Positions 1 through 5,835 of a DNA stretch of 10,011 nucleotides are shown piece by piece. The notes under the pieces were generated by a model. The model ran no database searches, was not told the origin of the DNA, and saw only the letters and a list, made by a program, of their open reading frames with translations. The stretch covers positions 1 through 10,011 of IMG/VR virus record IMGVR_UViG_2802429253_000016; one strand, 5' to 3'. Numbering within the stretch: the first letter of the stretch is position 1; every line of letters begins with the position of its first letter. The DNA is from a virus. Its lineage: Duplodnaviria; Heunggongvirae; Uroviricota; Caudoviricetes. The translations under genes and the position numbers were made by a program.

Positions 1-582
1 TTAAACTCTGCGCTGAAATTTCTTTTTTTCATTGGAGCACCTGTGTTGTTCTGAGGTGAGCATATCACCTCTGTTCAGGTGGCCAAATTCAGTGTGCCAC
101 TTCAGATTGAACGCAGCAGCAAGACGGCTGGCGGTATAGTTAATCCCCTCGTTGCGTGCTTCCGCACGTACTTCAGCCAGGAAAGCATCGGTGGCTGGGG
201 TTTGCGGCATCCTTCCGTCTATTGCGCAGATATACGCATCAGATAGTTCATCCTGCTCGCCATCAAACACGTAGCAACTCTGTACGATAAATTTATTCAG
301 CCCCGCATTCTCCGCCGCAAGCGCAGCAAGATTAGTCTCCAGCTCTGCAATGCGTTTGCTTTGGGCTTCCCGTTCATCCAGCAGTGCCAGCACGGTAGCC
401 GGATTGGCTGCTGCTATGAATCGCTTATTGGCGCGATTATCTGGTCCTGAGCATGATGCTATGTAGTAATTTGCGTTCAGTCCGGCATCAGCAATTACCC
501 CATAGTAATCATCAGAACACCATTCGCCAGGGGTTGCATTTTCTGCCGCCATTCGCAGTGCCTGGTAATTAATGTTGCTCAC
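1..582 (-). CDS. Phage accessory protein, tentatively ead/Ea22-like (coiled-coil middle, conserved NATPGEW and NPATVLALLD segments)
   Basis: Six-frame ORF 1..609. The preferred start is GTG at 580-582, preceded by AGGAGG (589-594) with a 6-nt spacer; the ATG at 609 has no SD. Stop TAA at 1-3. Family assignment is from memory and unverified. Confidence 0.55.
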   Translation of the reverse strand: MSNINYQALRMAAENATPGEWCSDDYYGVIADAGLNANYYIASCSGPDNRANKRFIAAANPATVLALLDEREAQSKRIAELETNLAALAAENAGLNKFIVQSCYVFDGEQDELSDAYICAIDGRMPQTPATDAFLAEVRAEARNEGINYTASRLAAAFNLKWHTEFGHLNRGDMLTSEQHRCSNEKKKFQRRV

Positions 583-874
583 TGGTTGCCTCCTGAAAAA
601 TAACTGCATGCCCCAGCTTCTCCGCCAGTGCCAGTTCTGCCTTAGCGCCTGCTGACCGCTGCCAGCCTTTCAGCATGTAAATCGCATCCACACAACGAAT
701 CATTGCCATGCAAATATCCATGTAGTGTGGCTGTGTCAGTCCGTCCGGAAGTACTGCCGGACTTAAGACGGTATGCCCTTCCCGTTTCAGTTCCTCTTCC
801 GCCTTGTGGAACGCCTCACGGTTGAAATTTTTATACCCGGTCATCGGACCAGCGATATAAACCCTCACCCTCAC
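569..874 (-). CDS. DUF4406-like / nucleoside 2-deoxyribosyltransferase-like small protein (101 aa)
   Basis: ORF with GTG start at 872-874 overlapping the upstream stop (GTGA), AGGAGG at 883-888. N-terminal YIAGPMTG motif and a GW-x-S-x-GA segment are typical of the DUF4406/deoxyribosyltransferase-like fold. Assignment from memory. Confidence 0.6.
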   Translation of the reverse strand: MRVRVYIAGPMTGYKNFNREAFHKAEEELKREGHTVLSPAVLPDGLTQPHYMDICMAMIRCVDAIYMLKGWQRSAGAKAELALAEKLGHAVIFQEATSEQH

Positions 875-1287
875 GCCATCACCTCCTGAAAATTACCCTG
901 ATAAAACGCCAGCACACGCTGCATAACCTTGCTTTTCCGGCACTCGCGACAGATTATGTTCTGACGTCTGTCGTAGCGGCGTATCTCTCCATCTGGTAAT
1001 GAATAAATCAGGTCAGGATCGCTCTTTTTCTTCACCGCCGCTTTCGACATCTTTTCGATGGCTTTTATCCAGTCCTTACGCGCCTGCGCTGAAGGGAATA
1101 TTCCATACCCTGAACCATATACAACACCACTGGCTACCAGCTCTTTCGTCAGAACTTCTATCAGATGTCTCGTCGCCCCAATTTCATTTTCCAGTTGTTT
1201 ACGCGTTTTCCGACCATCTCTGCGTACCAGTTCCACAATGCGCGCCTTCACTTCTTCCCGCTGTTCGGAAGTAAAAACTTTTGCCAC
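871..1287 (-). CDS. Hypothetical phage protein (138 aa), basic, possible N-terminal winged-helix and a C-terminal CxxC
   Basis: ORF starting with GTG (1285-1287) 4 nt after AGGAGG (1292-1297). It is co-oriented and tightly packed with the replication gene; no family recognised. Confidence 0.55.
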   Translation of the reverse strand: MAKVFTSEQREEVKARIVELVRRDGRKTRKQLENEIGATRHLIEVLTKELVASGVVYGSGYGIFPSAQARKDWIKAIEKMSKAAVKKKSDPDLIYSLPDGEIRRYDRRQNIICRECRKSKVMQRVLAFYQGNFQEVMA

Positions 1288-1327
1288 AAGTCCTCCTGAA
1301 AATTACCTCATGATCTGAAATAAACAC

Positions 1328-2275
1328 TTACCCCCTGAAGCCCGGCGGAATTTCGGTATCCGGTTCAGAAATGTGATTCACGCAACGCTGTACAGGCGAA
1401 CGCCCCAGACGAATAACCAGCTCATCCCATTTTTCGCGAAGCTTTGACGGGCTCATGACGTTTTTTACCCAGAATGGATCCCGCTGTACCCGACCAAACA
1501 TTTCGCAAATTTGTCTGTGAGTTCTGCCATCCAGCATCCGCATTGTGCGCACATCATTGGCCCATGCAGTCCAGTTGGGTTCTTTCGGTCGCATGATTTC
1601 GCCATCATCGCTGGCAGCCTGCTCGTAAAGACTCACGATTCGTCCCCAGATCCACTGCGCACACGCTAAATCTTCCTGGCTACCCCACTGGCGTTTTTTC
1701 GCACTGAACACAACCGCGTCAGGGTGTCGGGTTAAAAAATCCTGTTCAGCCGTCTGCGAGTCCGGTTGCGAAGCTTCCGGACGAAAAGATCTTTTATCTG
1801 ACGGATCAGGTTTTAATACTGACGGATCGGGGCCAACCATCGCCCCCCTATCCGGCTGTTTTTTATCAATGGTTGATCCATCAAAATTTGAGGGGTCAAC
1901 CGTTGAGGGGGCAATATTTGACGGGTCATTTTTTGCCTGGCTAATTTTTCTTTTCGGTTTATATGCCTCACGCGCCGCCGCTGCTGCTGCTTCTAGTTTT
2001 TCCACATTAAGACGGTAGATATTGCTTACATTACGCCCACCGACCTTACGTTCCTCCTTCGTCAGCCAGCCGTTCTTTTCCAGTTCCGCTATCGCAGCTT
2101 TAACCGTTGATTCACTCTTTGCCCCAATCTGACGACGAATGGTCTCCACTGCAGGCCATGACACACCTTCGTCATTGCTGTAATCTGCAAGGCGAGCCAT
2201 TACTGCCACCCTGGATAAGATCATGCCGGTGAAGGCGCACCCTTCCCAGACAAGACCATGAAGCTTGCTGCTCAT
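1328..2275 (-). CDS. Replication initiation protein: N-terminal winged-helix domain, iteron-encoded linker, C-terminal DnaT-like (primosomal protein I-like) domain
   Basis: 315-aa ORF with ATG at 2275 and GGAG SD. The C-terminus ...VNHISEPDTEIPPGFRG matches the DnaT C-terminal signature as recalled. The internal iteron cluster plus AT-rich tract is the same arrangement as ori inside lambda O. The N-terminal wHTH resembles phage replication proteins. Confidence 0.85.
   Translation of the reverse strand: MSSKLHGLVWEGCAFTGMILSRVAVMARLADYSNDEGVSWPAVETIRRQIGAKSESTVKAAIAELEKNGWLTKEERKVGGRNVSNIYRLNVEKLEAAAAAAREAYKPKRKISQAKNDPSNIAPSTVDPSNFDGSTIDKKQPDRGAMVGPDPSVLKPDPSDKRSFRPEASQPDSQTAEQDFLTRHPDAVVFSAKKRQWGSQEDLACAQWIWGRIVSLYEQAASDDGEIMRPKEPNWTAWANDVRTMRMLDGRTHRQICEMFGRVQRDPFWVKNVMSPSKLREKWDELVIRLGRSPVQRCVNHISEPDTEIPPGFRG
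1796..1966. repeat. Origin-like iteron cluster (TGACGGATC-type 9-mers) followed by an AT-rich tract, embedded in the initiator gene
   Basis: Direct copies TGACGGATC (1799-1807, 1820-1828), TGAGGGGTC (1889-1897), TGAGGGGGC (1904-1912), TGACGGGTC (1919-1927), with 15-bp phasing for the last three, plus an inverted copy (1875-1883, gatccatca). Followed by ttttttgcctggctaatttttcttttcggtttatat (1928-1964). They encode the repeated DPS motifs in the protein linker. Confidence 0.7.
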
Positions 2276-2298
2276 AAAAAACTCCGAACACCGTGCTT

Positions 2299-2724
2299 TT
2301 AGTGCATCACCAGGGCATTTCCCGCCGGACCACCACGATTCATCTGATTGAAACCAGCGATCGCCACTGCGACAAAATCATCAGCGTCTCTCACCAGTCG
2401 TTCCCGCGTCTCCACCAGCTCCCGAAAATAGGCTGAACTGTGGCTGCGCATTCGGGCCACCAGCAGAGGTGGCATTGCTTTTTCGATCGCTGGTAACAAC
2501 GCCTGAATTTTTTTAACCGCATCAGGGGTGTCTTTCTCCACCCAGCGGAAAATCTTCTGAGTATTGCGAGCCAGGGCTTCTGGGTGTGAATCGTCGTACA
2601 GTTCCGGAAACGTCATACCCAGTTCAAAATAAGCCCGGGTTATTTCAGCTGCCGGAACTTTTTCTCCGTCCGGATGCGCCCAGGCATTCATCGCCATGCG
2701 GATGTGCTCATGCTTGATTTTCAT
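2299..2724 (-). CDS. YdaT-like protein (CII-type regulator analogue), 141 aa
   Basis: ORF immediately downstream of the cro-like gene with a 4-nt ATGA start/stop overlap at 2721-2724, the position occupied by cII in lambda and by ydaT in Rac-type prophages. Family call from memory. Confidence 0.65.
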   Translation of the reverse strand: MKIKHEHIRMAMNAWAHPDGEKVPAAEITRAYFELGMTFPELYDDSHPEALARNTQKIFRWVEKDTPDAVKKIQALLPAIEKAMPPLLVARMRSHSSAYFRELVETRERLVRDADDFVAVAIAGFNQMNRGGPAGNALVMH

Positions 2725-2948
2725 GAATCACTCTTCCTTTCGCTCTGAGTGGTATCCTTCTTTTTGTAAAGCTCTGGGTTCAAAGATAATTTTCCCTTGG
2801 AGTATGCAGCAGCTTCCGCAGCTCTCCCTTTCGGAACTATTTCACCGGGGCGCTTACGCCACATGTAAATAGCTTCGCGGGTTATCCCATAAAAATCAGC
2901 GACCCTCTGAACAGAGCCAAAAAACTGAACAAGTTCATCAACTCGCAT
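2721..2948 (-). CDS. Cro/DicC/YdaS-like small HTH regulator (75 aa)
   Basis: First gene of the leftward operon, divergent from the repressor. SD AGGAGG (2954-2959) 5 nt before ATG at 2948. Small, basic, HTH-like N-terminus. Confidence 0.75.
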   Translation of the reverse strand: MRVDELVQFFGSVQRVADFYGITREAIYMWRKRPGEIVPKGRAAEAAAYSKGKLSLNPELYKKKDTTQSERKSDS

Positions 2949-3044
2949 TTCACCCTCCTAAAATCTAAGTATTTTTAGATTACAGGATAATTTTTTTTAG
3001 GTCAATGCGATCTAAAATAATTTATATTCAACTCGCGGGAGAAA
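2949..3044. promoter_or_regulatory. Divergent immunity control region (oR-like) with 18-bp palindromic operators and pR/pRM-type promoters
   Basis: Operator ATCTAAGTATTTTTAGAT (2963-2980, perfect 6-6-6 palindrome) and ATCTAAAATAATTTATAT (3010-3027). On the minus strand TTGACC (3005-3000), a 17-nt spacer and TAATCT (2982-2977) form a candidate pR overlapping the first operator. TATATT at 3023-3028 is a candidate pRM -10. Confidence 0.6.
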
Positions 3045-3692
3045 ATGATGGAAAGCCTTGGCATCAGGCTTAAGAAACTCAGAAAAGATAAGGGACTCAC
3101 CCAAGTAGAACTGGGTAAGCTTTCAGGCGTGACTGGGGTTACTATAGGGTACTGGGAGAAAGATCTAAACGAACCCGGCAGCAAAGCTCTAAGTAAGTTA
3201 GCCCAAGCATTAGGAACTACTGAGTCCTATCTCCTGTATGGAGTATCGTCTCCTGAACTATCTTTTGTGCAGAGCAATCCAGGCACCAAGATCCCCTACT
3301 TTTCGTGGGGTGACGCGATTTCTTTCCTAATCTTAGAAGGAGAGAAAACAATGGGAAATGTCGATAGGATCACCACATTCTTTGATGTAGTGGAAGGTGA
3401 TTTTGCCGTTTCAATGCCTGATGACACTATGCATAACCCCTCAGGGTCGCCAAGTATCCCAGTTGGTGCCACTGTGATCCTAAGACCAGGAGAAAGTTAT
3501 AAAAATGGCAGTATCGTCGCTGTAATAGTTCCAGATCCTCTTACAAATGAACCGTCTATGACTATAAAAAAATTAGTTATTGATGGAAAACTTGTGTATT
3601 TAAGCCCTCTCAATCCGCGCTATCAATCATCCTTGCTTACGCCAGAGTGTAAAATTGTTGCCGTAGCAAAAGGTGTACAGTTCAACCTATAA
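3045..3692 (+). CDS. CI-type phage repressor: N-terminal XRE-family HTH plus C-terminal S24 (LexA-like) autopeptidase domain
   Basis: 215-aa ORF. N-terminus has an HTH (LTQVELGKLSGVTGVTIGYWE). C-terminus has VSM (Ser nucleophile context) and TIKKLVIDGKLVYLSPLNP, aligning with lambda CI GNSM and FKKLIRDSGQVFLQPLNP (Ser/Lys dyad). The second ATG at 3048 has better SD spacing (GGGAG 3037-3041). Confidence 0.9.
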   Translation: MMESLGIRLKKLRKDKGLTQVELGKLSGVTGVTIGYWEKDLNEPGSKALSKLAQALGTTESYLLYGVSSPELSFVQSNPGTKIPYFSWGDAISFLILEGEKTMGNVDRITTFFDVVEGDFAVSMPDDTMHNPSGSPSIPVGATVILRPGESYKNGSIVAVIVPDPLTNEPSMTIKKLVIDGKLVYLSPLNPRYQSSLLTPECKIVAVAKGVQFNL

Positions 3693-3713
3693 CCCTGCCA
3701 TGTTCTTGAACTT

Positions 3714-3740
3714 AAGGTCGGTTATGCCGACCTTTTTTTT
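3714..3740 (+). terminator. Rho-independent terminator downstream of the repressor gene
   Basis: Stem AAGGTCGG (3714-3721), loop TTATG, CCGACCTT (3727-3734), followed by TTTTTT (3735-3740). Confidence 0.75.
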
Positions 3741-3759
3741 AAATTAATTTAGATTCCTC

Positions 3760-3788
3760 TTGACTATAAAACTAAATACTTTTAGATT
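3760..3788 (+). promoter_or_regulatory. pL-like promoter with overlapping operator (oL-like)
   Basis: TTGACT (3760-3765), 17-nt spacer, TAGATT (3783-3788). Operator AACTAAATACTTTTAGAT (3770-3787) has the same 6-6-6 architecture as the oR sites. Confidence 0.5.
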
Positions 3789-3970
3789 TATTGCATGCCA
3801 ACCCATCCCGTCCCCACAGAATGCAGGGCAATACTTCGAGTTACCAGGCAGTGGTCAGGGGTTAAGTAGCCAGCCCGAGGCGTAAGAACATGACGGCAGG
3901 GTTCAACTTTAATAACTATGCAGCAGGTTTTTGTTCCGCTACCCCGGCGTTAAGGGGAAATGAGGTCAAC

Positions 3971-4126
3971 ATGGATACTATCGATCTTGGCAACAACGAA
4001 TCTCTGGTGTACGGCGTGTTTCCCAACCAGGACGGCACATTCACCGCGATGACGTATACCAAAAGCAAAACGTTTAAAACCGAAAATGGTGCCCGTCGCT
4101 GGCTGGAAAGAAACTCAGGTGAGTGA
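3971..4126 (+). CDS. ydfA: YdfA-like small protein (DUF1391), 51 aa
   Basis: Internal ATG at 3971 with GAGG (3962-3965) 5 nt upstream. The product MDTIDLGNNESLVYGVFPNQDGTFTAMTYTKSKTFKTENGARRWLERNSGE matches the Qin prophage YdfA as recalled. The longer ORF from 3890 lacks an SD. Confidence 0.75.
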   Translation: MDTIDLGNNESLVYGVFPNQDGTFTAMTYTKSKTFKTENGARRWLERNSGE

Positions 4127-4127
4127 T

Positions 4128-4256
4128 ATGGATTTCGACACAATCATGGAAAAGGCTTACGAAGAATACTTCGAAGGCCTTGCCGAAGGCGAAGAAGCTC
4201 TCAGCTTCAGTGAGTTTAAACAGGCGCTTTCCAGTTCGGCAAAATCTAACGGCTGA
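4128..4256 (+). CDS. ydfB: YdfB-like small protein, 42 aa (not in the supplied ORF track)
   Basis: ATG at 4128 two nt after the ydfA stop. It encodes MDFDTIMEKAYEEYFEGLAEGEEALSFSEFKQALSSSAKSNG, with stop TGA at 4254-4256. Length and position match Qin ydfB as recalled. Confidence 0.65.
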   Translation: MDFDTIMEKAYEEYFEGLAEGEEALSFSEFKQALSSSAKSNG

Positions 4257-4285
4257 TAAGCGAAACAGCACCGCGAGGAATCAGT

Positions 4286-4501
4286 ATGCAGAAACCAGAA
4301 CCCATCATCATCGCACCAGGCTATACCGATGATGAAATTTACGAATGGATGTGCGGGAAGATACGCGCCATTAATGACCTGAAGCAGGCTGCTGACTATA
4401 AAGAGCGCCTCTCTAAAGAACTGGCGTCAGCGGAGCAGGATATTACCACTCTGGCAAAAAGCGCGGCATTAAACGTTTCACGAGTGAATGAAAACTACTG
4501 A
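4286..4501 (+). CDS. ydfC: YdfC-like small protein, 71 aa
   Basis: ATG at 4286 with GAGGAA (4275-4280) 5 nt upstream; third gene of the dicB-type operon. Confidence 0.8.
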   Translation: MQKPEPIIIAPGYTDDEIYEWMCGKIRAINDLKQAADYKERLSKELASAEQDITTLAKSAALNVSRVNENY

Positions 4502-4516
4502 CTGATGAGGTTGACG

Positions 4517-4846
4517 ATGGAATTTAAAGATTTACCAATACCATTCCAGGAAATGGCAGCGAATATAGTTCGTTCCCAACTGGCGACTCTTGACCTGAGT
4601 ACCGTAGAAAAAGAAACCATCGATAATATATCCGGTAACGTGCGTCGCGCCTTTATCGGGTTGTACGAAGAGAAGCAACTCTCTGATAACCAGGATTTGC
4701 ATGAAAAATACTTCCTGGAATTAATGAACATCATTGATAAGGGGTTTGGCTTGTTAATGAAAAAGAAAGGGATTCGAATAGAACCCCTTGAAAATTACTT
4801 TGCAACAAAAAGCATTAATTCTTTTGATTCAAAACAAGAGAATTAA
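4517..4846 (+). CDS. Hypothetical protein (109 aa) in an AT-rich insertion; function unknown
   Basis: ATG at 4517 with GAGG (4507-4510) and a 6-nt spacer (the ORF track starts at 4505). Markedly AT-rich relative to flanking DNA. Its 3' end overlaps the convergent ORF by 32 nt. Confidence 0.5.
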   Translation: MEFKDLPIPFQEMAANIVRSQLATLDLSTVEKETIDNISGNVRRAFIGLYEEKQLSDNQDLHEKYFLELMNIIDKGFGLLMKKKGIRIEPLENYFATKSINSFDSKQEN

Positions 4847-5090
4847 TAACAGATTTAACATGCTCTTTCTCATGATTGAAGCTCTCATGATTGAAAGCGC
4901 CGGGTTGAAGCGAGTCGATATAATCAACAAGACTCTGTCGTACGACTTCATTTTTATCCATAACAGATGCAAGAAATGAAATTGCTAAAAGAGTTATATC
5001 ACTACGCGCCGCAGCATGCTGCAATGCTTTATCAAAATTATTAATCTGGCGTATCAGGGAGTTAATGATTTCATTATTTTCAGTCGACAT
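4815..5090 (-). CDS. Hypothetical protein (91 aa), antisense-oriented within the pL operon; function unknown
   Basis: ATG at 5088-5090 preceded by AGGAGGG (5096-5102) with a 5-nt spacer; this RBS context (AGGAGGGTGAAATG) is identical to that of the cro-like gene. The longer ORF to 5168 has no SD. AT-rich. Confidence 0.5.
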   Translation of the reverse strand: MSTENNEIINSLIRQINNFDKALQHAAARSDITLLAISFLASVMDKNEVVRQSLVDYIDSLQPGAFNHESFNHEKEHVKSVINSLVLNQKN

Positions 5091-5421
5091 TTCACCCTCC
5101 TGAGGGTTGGTGATTAAGGAGTTCTCCACGGGTGAGGTGGAGTGCGTGCGCCGGACACGGGTGAGCATCCGGCACTGACAGTTTACTGAAAGGATATATC
5201 CCTGAAAAGTCAGGGCATAACGCGAAAGCGCACGGCGAAGTTCTTCTGTCTATACGGTGTCGTTAAATTTAATTCGACCGTGCGCTTCCGGTTGTGGCAC
5301 TCCGCGAAATGGCGCGGCGGTAAGTATGGCGGGGTTATTCCTTCCCCGTTGAGGACACCGGGTTGTCAGGTTGACCATACGCTTAAGTGACACCCCCGCT
5401 GCAACGCCCTCTGTTATCAAT

Positions 5422-5477
5422 TTTCTGGTGACGTTTGGCGGCATCTGTTTGCCCATGAACTGATGCCCGCCCTTTTT
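5422..5477 (+). ncRNA. dicF: DicF-like small regulatory RNA with intrinsic terminator
   Basis: The 5' segment TTTCTGGTGACGTTTGGCGG matches the DicF 5' end as recalled. Hairpin GGCGGCATC (5437-5445) / GATGCCCGCC (5462-5471), then CTTTTT. It sits between ydfC and dicB, as in the Qin dicB operon. Confidence 0.7.
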
Positions 5478-5479
5478 AA

Positions 5480-5631
5480 AGTGAATTTTGTGATGCGGTG
5501 AATGCGGCTCAGCGCACGCGGAACAGTTAAAACCAAAAACAGTGTTATGGGTGGATTCTCTGTATCCGGCGTTAATTGTTAACTGGTTAACGTCACCTGG
5601 AGGCACCAGGCACCGCATCACAAAATTCATT
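5480..5631 (+). promoter_or_regulatory. Long-range RNA stem (about 20 bp) enclosing about 110 nt between DicF and the dicB RBS; candidate RNase III processing or translational control structure
   Basis: 5482-5500 tgaattttgtgatgcggtg is the exact reverse complement of 5611-5629 caccgcatcacaaaattca, extendable by a G-U and an A-U pair. The 3' arm ends 5 nt before the dicB SD (GAGGA, 5635-5639). Confidence 0.5.
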
Positions 5632-5646
5632 GTTGAGGACGCGATA

Positions 5647-5835
5647 ATGGAAACGTTATTACCAAACGTTAATACGTCTGAAGGTTGTTTTGAAATTGGT
5701 GTCAGAATCAGTAACTCTGCATTTACTGAAGATGCCATTAACAAGAGAAAACACGAACGGGAGTTATTAAATAAAATATGCATTCTTTCAATGCTGGCAC
5801 GTTTACGCCCGATGCAAAAAGGATGCTGGCAATGA
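5647..5835 (+). CDS. dicB: DicB cell-division inhibitor (62 aa)
   Basis: ATG at 5647 with GAGGA 7 nt upstream. The product METLLPNVNTSEGCFEIGV...NKICILSMLARLRPMQKGCWQ matches DicB as recalled. The ORF-track N-terminal extension from 5542 is non-coding leader. Confidence 0.85.
   Translation: METLLPNVNTSEGCFEIGVRISNSAFTEDAINKRKHERELLNKICILSMLARLRPMQKGCWQ

Noticed and set aside
583-609. ATG at 609 as start of the Ea22-like gene
   Set aside because: No SD upstream of 609 and a 41-nt overlap with the upstream gene. GTG at 582 has a perfect AGGAGG at the correct spacing. Retained only as an alternative.
999-1318. Plus-strand ORFs 999-1274 and 1058-1318
   Set aside because: Antisense to the 138-aa minus-strand gene that fits the operon structure. 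No RBS; Ser/Pro-rich products.
1796-1930. Possible CRISPR-like array
   Set aside because: The repeats are 9-mers with 15-21 bp phasing inside a coding sequence and next to an AT-rich tract, which is the iteron/origin pattern, not repeat-spacer architecture.
3002-3184. 60-aa minus-strand ORF across the operator region and repressor start
   Set aside because: It overlaps the promoter/operator DNA and the 5' end of the repressor gene antisense, with no RBS.
3890-3970. N-terminal extension of the ydfA-like ORF
   Set aside because: No SD before 3890, whereas GAGG precedes the internal ATG at 3971, which gives the expected 51-aa product.
3916-4271. Minus-strand ORFs 3916-4143 and 4074-4271
   Set aside because: Antisense to the ydfA/ydfB-like genes, with no SD.
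4123-4332. 69-aa plus-strand ORF
   Set aside because: Wrong frame. The same DNA encodes the 42-aa ydfB-like product in another frame with start/stop positions matching the operon, and the 69-aa product is an Arg/Thr-rich artefact.
5542-5646. N-terminal extension of dicB
   Set aside because: The extension covers the 3' arm of the long RNA stem. dicB has its own SD and ATG at 5647, giving the expected 62-aa protein.
5250-5783. 177-aa minus-strand ORF
   Set aside because: It runs antisense across the DicF sRNA, the long RNA stem and the start of dicB, has no SD, and its amino-acid composition is atypical. Most likely a chance ORF in GC-rich non-coding DNA.
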